A program made the position numbers and the translations under genes. Positions 41,451 through 51,023 of a DNA stretch of 64,000 bases are shown here, one piece after another (position 1 is the stretch's first letter; every line of letters begins with the position of its first letter). The notes below the pieces were generated by a model. It was given only the letters and a program-made list of their open reading frames with translations, had not been told where the DNA came from and did no database searches. Origin of the DNA: an uncultured Flavobacteriales bacterium (GTDB lineage Bacteria; Bacteroidota; Bacteroidia; Flavobacteriales_D; Crocinitomicaceae); the NCBI GenBank assembly GCA_903823565.1, contig CAIJTF010000116.1:4690-68689 (forward strand), given 5' to 3'.

Positions 41451-43260
41451 TGAAGCGAACCTTGATTGAATCCATTGATGATTCAAAAATCAAGGAATAG
41501 TTTCCCGGTTTTAACTTTCGAATATCCACAGTGGTAATATTGGTTCCATTTTCCCAAGCGTTGGAATAATATTCCAGTTCGGATTTGGAGCCATCCACGG
41601 CAATGGCGTAAAGCTTTCCAATGGGGATTTTGTGGGTTTGAATCTTTAATAGATCGGTACTTGGGTTTGGGTAGAAACCAAGTATTAGTCCTTCCGAATG
41701 ATCATTCAATCCCACCCAAAAGCGGCTGCATGGTCCTGAAAGTTCTACTGGCAGTATTCCATGGCCAACTGCGGGGGTATTAACCAATGTCAGCGCATTA
41801 CTGCCTTGGGTAGTTACAAAGGACTTAACACACTGGTTAGCTGCATTAATTTGGTCGATGGTGTTCACATGGTACCAATCTCCTTGGACTTGCATCGGAT
41901 TAATGTCTACCAGTAAGAACCCCTTTTTCGTAAGTTCGACGTACTTGATGTGAGGATTTTGAACGGTTATTAAGGCAGAAAGATTGATGGGAGACCCTGG
42001 GGACGTTACGCTCGGAGTAACCATTTCTACACCCACGGGAGTATTTCCATTTCGAAGATCTAAGGCCCAACTGGTGTGAATATCTCCCGTTAACACCACC
42101 GTATTATTAATGCTATTGCTGGAAAGATGGTTAAAGAGTTTTCCCCTTTCCGCAGGGTATCCGTCCCAAGAATCTGTATTGATCGGATTACCGAGCAGTT
42201 CAACGGCCCCAATCATAACCTGATTACCGATAATTTTCCATGGCTGGGAGGTAGTACTCAGTTCATTTTTTAACCAATTGAATTGCGCTTGTCCGAGAAT
42301 GGTTCGCGTTGTATCGTTAAACGTAGGATCGTTTGCGTTCAGTTGGACCTCCCGGCCCTCGAGTCGGGTATCTAGCATAATAATTTTGGCTAAATTGCCA
42401 AGGTCAAAGGTTCGGAAAACCTCTTGATTTCCCGTAGCTTTCGGGCGAATGGGAATCCATTCAAAGTATGCCCGTTTTCCCGCGGACATGCGTTGGTTCC
42501 AGGGTCCTTCATTGGCCTGATGGTTATCCGCTCCTCCTGGGTAAGAATCGTTTGCGGTTTCATGGTCGTCCCAAATACAAATCCACGGAAAATTTTGATG
42601 AAGTTTACGCAAAGCATAATCTAGGTGATACGAATTATAACGAAGTCTGTAATCGTTCAATGCGGTTATTTCCGTGCTGGGTTCCCATGTGCGGTCGACA
42701 TTAGGATTGGGTCCAAACCCTTGGCTTTCGTATTCATAAATATAATCGCCAAGCATAAGAACGGCATCCACATCGTTGCGTTGCGCAATGGCATCATAGG
42801 CATTAAAGTAACCGGATTCGAGGCTAGCACAAGAAACTACCGCAAGTCTTATATTATCTACGTTTCCTACGGGTAGGGTTTTGGTTCTACCTACCAAACT
42901 GTATGCGCCGTTATGTTCGAATTCATAATAATAAAACGTATTAGCACTCAAGCCTTCAACGTCAATCTTAACGGTGAAATCTTTGGTGGAATCCGTAGTA
43001 AAGATACCGCTGGAAACGACGTTGGTGAATTGATCATCGGTAGCGACTTGGTAGGTTCCATTTAGCGTTGCTCCAAAGTCTACGGGCGTAATCCGTGTCC
43101 AAATGATAACACGGTCGCTTAAGGGGTCACCCGAGGCTACGCCATGATAAAAAGGTGCAATGCACGCTTGAGGCGTTACGCTGGTTTGGGCCCTGGAGAA
43201 AAAGGGAAGGAAAGCGATTCCGAAGGTCAATAGAATCAGACAGAAAATCGAAGGTTTCAT
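41440..43260 (-). CDS. phoD: PhoD-family alkaline phosphatase/phosphodiesterase with T9SS C-terminal sorting domain
   Basis: PhoD N-terminus FYHGVASGDPLSDRVIIWTR; metallophosphatase core (GDYIYE, WDDHETAND, VVLTGDIHTSWA); C-terminus FYPNPSTDLLKI...GNYSLIF. I use the ATG at 43260; the ORF track uses the TTG at 43269. Confidence 0.85.
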   Translation of the reverse strand: MKPSIFCLILLTFGIAFLPFFSRAQTSVTPQACIAPFYHGVASGDPLSDRVIIWTRITPVDFGATLNGTYQVATDDQFTNVVSSGIFTTDSTKDFTVKIDVEGLSANTFYYYEFEHNGAYSLVGRTKTLPVGNVDNIRLAVVSCASLESGYFNAYDAIAQRNDVDAVLMLGDYIYEYESQGFGPNPNVDRTWEPSTEITALNDYRLRYNSYHLDYALRKLHQNFPWICIWDDHETANDSYPGGADNHQANEGPWNQRMSAGKRAYFEWIPIRPKATGNQEVFRTFDLGNLAKIIMLDTRLEGREVQLNANDPTFNDTTRTILGQAQFNWLKNELSTTSQPWKIIGNQVMIGAVELLGNPINTDSWDGYPAERGKLFNHLSSNSINNTVVLTGDIHTSWALDLRNGNTPVGVEMVTPSVTSPGSPINLSALITVQNPHIKYVELTKKGFLLVDINPMQVQGDWYHVNTIDQINAANQCVKSFVTTQGSNALTLVNTPAVGHGILPVELSGPCSRFWVGLNDHSEGLILGFYPNPSTDLLKIQTHKIPIGKLYAIAVDGSKSELEYYSNAWENGTNITTVDIRKLKPGNYSLIFESSMDSIKVRFTKN

Positions 43261-43419
43261 TGCTCTCAAAAATAAGTACTTTCGATTAGAATAAAGGGTT
43301 CTTTACTATGGAAAGCACAATAATTATTCATTATTTAATCCGTGAATCACATGAAATTAGTCTGGCAAAATTCAACCTTTGTTGGAATTGAATCTCCATA
43401 AATAAAGTACTTTTAAGGA

Positions 43420-44356
43420 ATGGAAAACAAGAATGTTTCAGAGGAAATTGGTTTTGGCAGTAAAAACTATACGTCAAAATCCCGGTATTTAAATCCGGAT
43501 GGTTCTTTTAATATTCAGCGAAAAGGAAAGAATTTTTGGGAGAATTTTGATGGATATAATGCGGTTATTACGATGCATAAGACCGCGTTTTGGGGGCTCG
43601 TAATTTTAGGTTTTCTCGTGATCAACACCTTTTTCACATTGGTATATATGTGGATTGGCGTGGAGCATTTTGGAAACTTAACATCGACTACGGGGTTAAA
43701 CGATTTTCTTCAATTGTTTTATTTCAGCGCCCAAACCCTTACCACTGTAGGATACGGACATTTATACCCAAAAGGTAATTTAGCCGGTGTCGTAGCGACT
43801 TTGGAAGCAGCCATTGGACTTATGGGTTTTGCCCTCGCAACGGGGATCTTGTACGCACGGTTTTCCCGTCCGAAAAGTTTCTTATTGTATAGTAAGCATC
43901 TATTGGTTTCTCCTTACAAAGCGGGTAAGGGATTGATGTTTCGAATTACCAATCCAAAACGAAATGAATTGATTGAGGCAGAAGCTCAGGTGATCGTATC
44001 CATGATAAACCAAGAAACGGGGCTTCGAATTTTTCGACCCTTGGAGTTGGAGCTTACTAGGATAAGTTTCTTAGCCCTTACCTGGACCATCGTGCATCCA
44101 CTGAATCCAGAAAGTCCGCTTTATCAATTCTCCTTGGAGGATTTTAAAAAGGTTGATGCAGGATTTTTTAATCTTTATCAAAGCGATTGATGATACCTAT
44201 GAACAAAAAATCCATTCTCGTCATTCCTACACCTTTCTAGATATTATCGATGGAGCGAAGTTCGTTCCCTTAGTACCCCAGGCCAATGCTGCAGGAAAAA
44301 TTATCCTTAACGTGCATAAAATAAGCGACTTCGAATATGTGTCTCCAAACCCATAG
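43420..44356 (+). pseudogene. Kir-type (KirBac-like) inward-rectifier K+ channel, split by a +1 frameshift at a T6 run
   Basis: ORF1 (43420-44190) carries the TM1-pore-TM2 region with the selectivity filter TLTTVGYGH. ORF2 (from ~44162, ending 44356) continues the Kir cytoplasmic domain (FLIFIKAIDDTYEQKIHSRHSY..). Deleting one T from TTTTTT at 44164-44169 fuses the two into a ~311-aa protein. Confidence 0.8.
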
Positions 44357-44370
44357 GTAGGGTATGCAGG

Positions 44371-45267
44371 CTAAATGCCTAACATTTTATGGCTAAACAG
44401 GGCTTTTTGAAAATCGATATCAATCCGTCCTAGAAACAGTCCTGCCCATCCCGTTTGATTGATTAAAACGGGTTTTTTATCTCGGTTTTCCATGAGCAGG
44501 GGTTTCTCGAGAAAAGTATGGGTATGTCCTCCAAGGATGAGGTGAATGTTGCTTGTTTGTGCGGCTAGAACTTTATCTGAAATTTGATTGGAAGCGTATT
44601 CAAATCCGAGGTGCGATAAACAAAGAATAAGATCACATCCCTTATCCTTCAGATAGGCGGCTGTTTCGTTTGCAATTGCAATGGGATCAAGGTAGTTCGT
44701 GTTTCCATAATTTGATTTGCCTACCAACCCTTTAAGGTTAACACCAATACCAAATAGCCCGATCCGTAAACCGCCCTTTTTCAATATCAGATGGGGCAGG
44801 GTAGCGCCTTGTAGGACGGTATCCTTGAAGTCGTAATTGCTACAAACAAAAGGGAAATTGGCAAATTTCTGGGCATTTTTGAATCCCTCAAGTCCAATAT
44901 CGAAGTCATGGTTTCCCATGGTAGCAGCATCGTATTGCATGGCGCTCATGAGTTTCATTTCAAGTACACCACGATAGCGGTTGAAATAGGGAGTTCCTTG
45001 GAAGATATCGCCTGAATCTAACAATAGTACATGTTCCTCTTCGGATCGAATTTTCTCGATTAAAGCAGCCCGTTTGGCTACGCCTCCCATCCCGGGATAT
45101 TTGGCATGGCTTAGGGGAAAGGGATCGATGTTCGAATGGGTATCGTTGGTGTGGAGGATGGTTAGTTTTTTTCCTCGGTACATGGGTTGCGCTTTGAGCT
45201 CCAAGCTTCCGCTCAAAGCACCCAAGGTTGCAAGGCCAGTAGTACTGATAAAATGCCTACGGTTCAT
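44371..45267 (-). CDS. Metallophosphatase half of a split 5'-nucleotidase (UshA N-domain-like), Tat signal
   Basis: 298 aa. Twin-arginine signal MNRRHFISTTGLATLGA. Motifs ILHTNDTHS, GDIFQGTPYF, GNHDFD and GGHTH. Confidence 0.85.
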   Translation of the reverse strand: MNRRHFISTTGLATLGALSGSLELKAQPMYRGKKLTILHTNDTHSNIDPFPLSHAKYPGMGGVAKRAALIEKIRSEEEHVLLLDSGDIFQGTPYFNRYRGVLEMKLMSAMQYDAATMGNHDFDIGLEGFKNAQKFANFPFVCSNYDFKDTVLQGATLPHLILKKGGLRIGLFGIGVNLKGLVGKSNYGNTNYLDPIAIANETAAYLKDKGCDLILCLSHLGFEYASNQISDKVLAAQTSNIHLILGGHTHTFLEKPLLMENRDKKPVLINQTGWAGLFLGRIDIDFQKALFSHKMLGI

Positions 45268-45977
45268 GGGATATAGCGTTTTTCTGTTCGGTTCAAAAGC
45301 GTACCTTGCTGTTTGACAGCATTTATGAGAACGTCCCGTAGGTTGCGTTGGGTAATGGTTGGCGATTCGGTTGATCCAGGTTGCATGAAAAATTGCATGT
45401 TATCCCCACCGAAAACCAAGTAGTCTGAGGTAATGAACGTGATATGGGTATGTTCTGGAAGTAGGTTTTGGACAATAAATTTGCCTTTTTCAAAGCGTGC
45501 ATTGGCCAAGGCAACTCCTTTTGCCTGTTGCGCAAGATTTTTTTCTATTTCGGGTAGGCATTGAACGGGCAAACGAACCCATGCCACGACATTGTCAAAA
45601 GGCATGAGCTTGAACAGGTCTCCCACGGTAATATTTCCACGGTTAAGGCTCGACCTCAACCCTCCGGCATTCAAAAGAACCACCACTGGTTCGCGCATTT
45701 TAACCGCTTGCGTTTCTTGTTGCAATAAAGCATCTGCCGCCCAATTCATTAAATTAGAATTTGGGTATGCAAGGTCAAAGCTTGTGTCAGCCCGACCGAT
45801 GATTTCCCCCATTTGAGCGGATAGACTATCCGAAAAAGGCTGAATCATGGCACGAATTGATTCCTTTTCGGGATAACTCGGATCTAAGCCAACGTTTTTT
45901 ATACCACTTCGCAACGTGATTTGGTTTGCGCAAGCCCCCAAAACAAAAAGCCAAACAGTACAGAAAACAAAACGCAT
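45264..45977 (-). CDS. 5'-nucleotidase C-terminal (substrate-binding) domain lipoprotein
   Basis: 237 aa; lipobox LGAC; ...NLMNWAADALL...LLNAGGLRSSL..G.ITVGDLFKLMPFDN typical of 5_nucleotid_C. ATGA overlap with the downstream metallophosphatase gene. Confidence 0.8.
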   Translation of the reverse strand: MRFVFCTVWLFVLGACANQITLRSGIKNVGLDPSYPEKESIRAMIQPFSDSLSAQMGEIIGRADTSFDLAYPNSNLMNWAADALLQQETQAVKMREPVVVLLNAGGLRSSLNRGNITVGDLFKLMPFDNVVAWVRLPVQCLPEIEKNLAQQAKGVALANARFEKGKFIVQNLLPEHTHITFITSDYLVFGGDNMQFFMQPGSTESPTITQRNLRDVLINAVKQQGTLLNRTEKRYIP

Positions 45978-48244
45978 TATTCGATCACAAAGCTTTTTTG
46001 TGTACTTCCAAACGGAGTTTCAACATGGAGCAGGTAGTTTCCTGATTTGAGGAAAGAAGTTTCAATCGTCAATACAGGTAATTCCAGGTTTTTGACATCC
46101 ATAATTACGCGACCGCTTAGGTCAAGAACACGGTATGCATTGATGGTTGTGTTATTTACCTGAGCATAGACTTTTCCGTTGCTCGGAATCGGAAAAACCG
46201 AAAAATTTTCTGCTAGGCGTTCTTCCAATCCCACGTTACATGATGTTTCTAAATAGGACATATTATCGAAGTTCACGTGGCAAACAAAGTTTACTGAATC
46301 GATATACGGATTCCGATTGCCTTGAACGCTGAAAATATACTCTTGCCGAGCGATTTCATACGAATCGGGTAGGTCGTTGAAATGCCACGTTTTCAACGTT
46401 TCTTGATCTTGGTTTGCTGCGATTCCCCAATTTAAATTGTTTTGAAGGTTATAGCACGTCGCATGATAGAAGATAGAACGTGCAGCGTTTCCTTTTTGGG
46501 CATCACGGGGCTCATAGCACATTTGATTTCCATTATAACCGACACTTCCCTCCAAAAACGTGAACAATACATTTCCTGTTATCTCCATCAGCGGTAAATT
46601 GCTGCGGTAAGAATTTGCATTAGCTAGATTGGTAGGATATAGGTTATGTTGGTCCGTATATTCCGGTTGTTCAGGATTATCACATGGGAAGGTTGGCATC
46701 CAGGAATGGCAGTAGGTATGTTCACGGGAGTATCCTGTGGCCGTCCAGTCAAAGGGGTCGTTAAACACCTTATTTTCTCCTGTGTAAACGCAAGTCACGT
46801 AGGATTGCCCATTGGTGGTATCTGACACTTCAAATTGATTCATTACCGTTTGCTTGTAGTTGAAGTAGGAGATAAACGTGTGGGGATTGATTAAAGCGGA
46901 AAGGTCATTAATAAAGGTAGGTGAGGAGGCGTTGATTCCTGCATAATAATTGCCAATATTCAACCCGGTAGTCGTTACATTACCTGTGGCGGGATTGGTT
47001 GTTTTGTAATTTTCAAATCCTGACGGTCCATTGAAGGCAAAAACTGCGAAGTGGTAAGATTGGTTGGCACGCACACCACGCGGAACAAAAGAGGTGGCAG
47101 AACCCACGTAAGCAACTTTGGAATTTCCAATAATATCGCCCCGTTTGTAGCTCGTTCCGTCTTGGGGGATTCCAGTAACCGGTGTGTTTTTACTCCATAA
47201 AACTAGGTATTTTTCTGCCGTGTTTCCCTCTGTGAACGTTCCCGCTAAGGTATAGGCTTGAATGCCACTAAAGGTTAAGTTGCTGGCATTGGTAAGGGGC
47301 TCGGTGGCAATATTATCCAAACCAACGGCAATCAGGTTAATAACGTAAGGGTTTTCATCGCTATCGTCATTTGCTATGCTCAGGGTAGCAGAGCGCGTTC
47401 CGTTTCCAAGGGGAGCAAAGGTCAGGGTAAAATTCCCCGAACCCAACCCGGGAACTGTAGTTGCATTCAGGTTGGTCGTGTAGTCCGATGCGTTCGTTCC
47501 TGTGAGGGAAGTAGCATTAACCGTTAGCGTTTGAACCCCTGTATTTTCTATCGTAATAACATTGTTTGCGGTATTCCCGATTACGTAAGAAGTGTTGTTT
47601 AATGCAGTTGTACCATTAATTTTTACATTTATCTCCCGCTGCGGAGCGACATACGGCACAATATCGCTTAGGCTTCTGGGAACGATTTGGTAATTGGCAT
47701 TAAACTGCCCCATTAATCCGGTAATCGTAACGGCACCAGCAGGAATAGCGGTTCCATCGATATTGGTCGATCCATTAATGCGAACGTCTAAGGTATTCAC
47801 CCCGTTGGTAATTTGCACGGTGCTGTTTCCTCCGGTGAACGTGCCACTCTGAACGAAGGTGACATTTTCAATGCGGACCAACTGAGATTCTAGCGCTTCA
47901 CCGGCACTTGTAATCGGAATAACCTGAGGCACGTTTGGGGTGACAGGTCCATGATCGGTAAAAGAGTTTGTAGGGGATAATTCTAGTAATCCACTAAAGT
48001 CGAATAATACCCCTGTTGCCGTTACGGAATCCCCCGTTGTTAATGAGGAAAGGGTATTCCCATAAATCGCGATACCCGCGGTACCATCTTGCATGTAGCG
48101 AATGGAACCAAGTTCCGTTCCGTTGGATACCACACCTTTCACCGTGACCGTACTGCCCACCGACATGTTTCGAACTTGTTGAATGGTCTGTGCATGAAAA
48201 CCAAACGAAGCCCATGCAGTAAATAAAAGTAAAACCTGTTTCAT
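45977..48244 (-). CDS. Multidomain extracellular nuclease of the Endonuclease I family, with T9SS C-terminal sorting domain
   Basis: 755 aa with a signal peptide. N-terminal OB-like module as seen in ExeM/NucH-type nucleases, then Ig-like modules (..TLSIANDDSDENPYVINL). Endonuclease-I motifs (SREHTY..SW, DQHNLYPTN...N..R.N.P, GNAARSIFY, QGNRNPYID). The C-terminus is FPIPSNGKVY...GNYLLHV. TAATG overlap with the next gene. Confidence 0.75.
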   Translation of the reverse strand: MKQVLLLFTAWASFGFHAQTIQQVRNMSVGSTVTVKGVVSNGTELGSIRYMQDGTAGIAIYGNTLSSLTTGDSVTATGVLFDFSGLLELSPTNSFTDHGPVTPNVPQVIPITSAGEALESQLVRIENVTFVQSGTFTGGNSTVQITNGVNTLDVRINGSTNIDGTAIPAGAVTITGLMGQFNANYQIVPRSLSDIVPYVAPQREINVKINGTTALNNTSYVIGNTANNVITIENTGVQTLTVNATSLTGTNASDYTTNLNATTVPGLGSGNFTLTFAPLGNGTRSATLSIANDDSDENPYVINLIAVGLDNIATEPLTNASNLTFSGIQAYTLAGTFTEGNTAEKYLVLWSKNTPVTGIPQDGTSYKRGDIIGNSKVAYVGSATSFVPRGVRANQSYHFAVFAFNGPSGFENYKTTNPATGNVTTTGLNIGNYYAGINASSPTFINDLSALINPHTFISYFNYKQTVMNQFEVSDTTNGQSYVTCVYTGENKVFNDPFDWTATGYSREHTYCHSWMPTFPCDNPEQPEYTDQHNLYPTNLANANSYRSNLPLMEITGNVLFTFLEGSVGYNGNQMCYEPRDAQKGNAARSIFYHATCYNLQNNLNWGIAANQDQETLKTWHFNDLPDSYEIARQEYIFSVQGNRNPYIDSVNFVCHVNFDNMSYLETSCNVGLEERLAENFSVFPIPSNGKVYAQVNNTTINAYRVLDLSGRVIMDVKNLELPVLTIETSFLKSGNYLLHVETPFGSTQKSFVIE

Positions 48245-48246
48245 AA

Positions 48247-50988
48247 TTAAAATTGATAAGATAAGGAAAGATTGAAGCGAAAGCCTTGGCCAAACATAAC
48301 GGTAGCGGACGTGGCATCAAAATTTTGATTGCTTCCATTTAGGTTGTTTGATGCATCTGCGATGAACATAGTATTCAAGGCATTAATAATGCTGCCGGAA
48401 AAATTCAAAACGTCTTCTTTGAGTTGAAAACGATACCCTGCAAAGAAATTTACCAGGAAATAGGAAGGCATAACCCAAGATTCTCTTCCCGCATTGTTTC
48501 CTTTTAGCGTGAATGGGTTAAAGTCAGAATAATATCGATCAAAGTACTGAACTTGTCCTTTCACGTAGAGATTTTTGATGGGCTCGTATCGAACGGTTGC
48601 CGATAAGGCTGTTTGAGCGGCATCCCCCACATGAACACCTTTCGCATCAAAGGTATAAGCCAGCGAGTCAAATTGAGGGATTACCACGGTTTTACTCGAA
48701 TTCCAATACCAATCGCCTACAGAAAACATGATTTCCGTGGAAAGTTTTTTGACGATATTCCAAGCGATATCGATTTCGCCTCCCATGTGAATGGCATCCA
48801 TTCCATTGATATTAACATAAATATTTTCGCTTGGATCGTTGGGATCGGGAATGGGTACTCCGTATGGGAAAGGTTTATTTTTCCAACGCGTGGCATAGGT
48901 ATTTACATTAATCCCAAAATCCTTCGTGGTGTAGGAAAATCCTTGTTCGATGGCAAGAATATTCTCGTTGGCAATTTCAGCGAAGAACTTATTGTAGTTG
49001 TTATCGATTACATTGGAGTACATCGGTGTTCGGTTGAGAAAGCCAACGTTAGTAAATAAATTGGAGTACTTACCCAATTTAAAACTGATACCGTATTTAA
49101 AGGTGAATCCCGGAATGAATTTCCAACCGGTTGTCGCATATTCTACGCCGTCTGATTGACTGTGGTAGGTGTTCCCTTGGTATTGAAGGGTATCCCCATA
49201 TCCAAACTCGAGTAAGGTATCGTTGATGTAAAGTCTGCGCTTTTGGAAATAATCGATGCCGCAATACCCGTTTTGAATGCTTGAAAGGTTAATAAAGGCG
49301 TTTATTTTTTTGGATTCATATTCAACTTGTCCAAAAGCGCCAATCCAAGTAACCAATCCATCGCGGTTGGCATTAAATAAATTTTTGGCTATTTTATCTC
49401 CAACCCGTTTCATTGGACTTGCAGCATTTTTATCCGATAGATCGATGTAGTAATCTCCTCCCAAAAGGTCTTTCACTTCCTGGTAGTGAGATCCTCGATA
49501 ATACCGCGCATCAAGTCCCGCTGAAACTTCAAAACCCTCTTTGATTTTATAATTCGCTTGGCCCAAGTAGCCCACCCAAAAATGGTTGTTCACGCTGGCA
49601 AGTAAGATTTGTGAGGACTTGATTTCCGTAGGTGAGTATTGCATATCGATATTGGGCGTGCCAAATAATGGATTTACTTTGTTGTTTTCTACAATGGCGT
49701 CCCAATCTATCAGTAAGTTGGAATCGCGAATAATGGCCCCGGAGTTATACAAGGCAGTTCCTCCCCCTCTACCGATGGAGGCATAGGCTAAATTCGAAAT
49801 CGATAATTTTTCATTGACTTTCCAAAAGTCTTTCAGCGTAATTTGCGGTTTGTTGTAATAATTCAAGCGCTCGCTTAGTACCTCTTGTTTTCCATTTACC
49901 GTTCGATAACCCCAATGTTGGTTGTAACGGATACCAAGGTTCGACATGAACATGCTGGAATCAATGGTACAACCCAAAGCCCTCGCTTCATCCTCACTCC
50001 AATACTGTATGGCCTGTCTGAACGAACGTTGTCCGTGCTGCTGTGGGGCAGCAAATGCAGAGAGGGTTAGCAAGTGTTTATCGAATTGTTTGGATATTTT
50101 CAAATAACCAAAAAACCCTTGACTTGGGGTACCTTCGACCCATCCTAACGATTGTTTGTACGATCCTGATAGCGTTAAACCCCATCCTTTAGGAAGCAAT
50201 CCAGTATTGTAAGAGAAAGAGGTACGCATAAAGTGGCCTGTTCCATATTCTTGTTTCAAGGACCCTCCTCGTTTGTTACCAATGCCTTGGGTGAGTATGT
50301 TGATGGTTCCTCCAATGGAAGGCATCGCGATTTTTGTGGCCCCCAATCCGCGCTGTACTTGCATGGTAGAAGTAATGGCATCCAAACCAAACCAGTTGGA
50401 CCAATAAACCCAGCCGTTTTCCATGTCATTCACGGGAACACCATCAATCATAACCCCCACATTACGTTGGTCAAAGCCACGAACATTAATTCGGGCATCG
50501 CCATCGCCTCCTCCTTGTTGCGTGGCATAAACTCCTGCGGTTCCATTCAAAAGCATTGGCAAATCACGGGAGGCTAATTCTTCTTGAATTTTCTTAGCGG
50601 TAATTTTGGTTACTGCAACAGGCACAGGGCCTTCCTTAACAACGTTTCCAATGATTCGAATTTCCTGATATTCCAACGTACCGAGCAAAGCGATGGAAAC
50701 GCTTTGTTCTGGTTTAGCGATGGTAATTTTCTGAGAGGCTTCCGTGTAGGATTTTTCACTGGTGACTAAGGTGTAATTCCCGAAGGGTATTTCTTGGAAT
50801 GAAAAATTGCCATTTGCGTCTGTTGACGTGTTTTTAATCACCTCGCCCGCAACCGACTTCAATGCAACCTGCGCTTTGTCAATACGCTTTTTCCCCCCTT
50901 GGTTGGTAACTACCCCTGATAGCGTACCGACTTGTGCCCATCCGGAAAGGGTTGTAAGGAGGATTAGCGAAAAAAGTATACATTTCAT
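48247..50988 (-). CDS. TonB-dependent outer-membrane receptor with carboxypeptidase-regulatory-like N-domain (no adjacent SusD)
   Basis: 913 aa with a signal peptide. CarbopepD_reg-like domain (GTLSGVV.....K.I..A.V.L......T.TD..G.F.F..IP.GNYTL), a plug domain, a long beta-barrel, and a C-terminus ending ..LSLSYQF. Confidence 0.85.
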   Translation of the reverse strand: MKCILFSLILLTTLSGWAQVGTLSGVVTNQGGKKRIDKAQVALKSVAGEVIKNTSTDANGNFSFQEIPFGNYTLVTSEKSYTEASQKITIAKPEQSVSIALLGTLEYQEIRIIGNVVKEGPVPVAVTKITAKKIQEELASRDLPMLLNGTAGVYATQQGGGDGDARINVRGFDQRNVGVMIDGVPVNDMENGWVYWSNWFGLDAITSTMQVQRGLGATKIAMPSIGGTINILTQGIGNKRGGSLKQEYGTGHFMRTSFSYNTGLLPKGWGLTLSGSYKQSLGWVEGTPSQGFFGYLKISKQFDKHLLTLSAFAAPQQHGQRSFRQAIQYWSEDEARALGCTIDSSMFMSNLGIRYNQHWGYRTVNGKQEVLSERLNYYNKPQITLKDFWKVNEKLSISNLAYASIGRGGGTALYNSGAIIRDSNLLIDWDAIVENNKVNPLFGTPNIDMQYSPTEIKSSQILLASVNNHFWVGYLGQANYKIKEGFEVSAGLDARYYRGSHYQEVKDLLGGDYYIDLSDKNAASPMKRVGDKIAKNLFNANRDGLVTWIGAFGQVEYESKKINAFINLSSIQNGYCGIDYFQKRRLYINDTLLEFGYGDTLQYQGNTYHSQSDGVEYATTGWKFIPGFTFKYGISFKLGKYSNLFTNVGFLNRTPMYSNVIDNNYNKFFAEIANENILAIEQGFSYTTKDFGINVNTYATRWKNKPFPYGVPIPDPNDPSENIYVNINGMDAIHMGGEIDIAWNIVKKLSTEIMFSVGDWYWNSSKTVVIPQFDSLAYTFDAKGVHVGDAAQTALSATVRYEPIKNLYVKGQVQYFDRYYSDFNPFTLKGNNAGRESWVMPSYFLVNFFAGYRFQLKEDVLNFSGSIINALNTMFIADASNNLNGSNQNFDATSATVMFGQGFRFNLSLSYQF

Positions 50989-50992
50989 AGCG

Positions 50993-51017
50993 AAAAAAAA
51001 TCCCGCGCTAGGCGGGA
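50993..51017 (-). terminator. Terminator-like hairpin + U-tract inside the operon, ending 4 nt upstream of the TBDR start codon
   Basis: Minus-strand read: TCCCGC, loop CTAGC, GCGGGA, then T8. The plus-strand A8 is 50993-51000 and the stem-loop is 51001-51017. It sits in the 35-nt gap between the LTD gene stop and the TBDR ATG. Confidence 0.6.
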
Positions 51018-51023
51018 AGTTCG

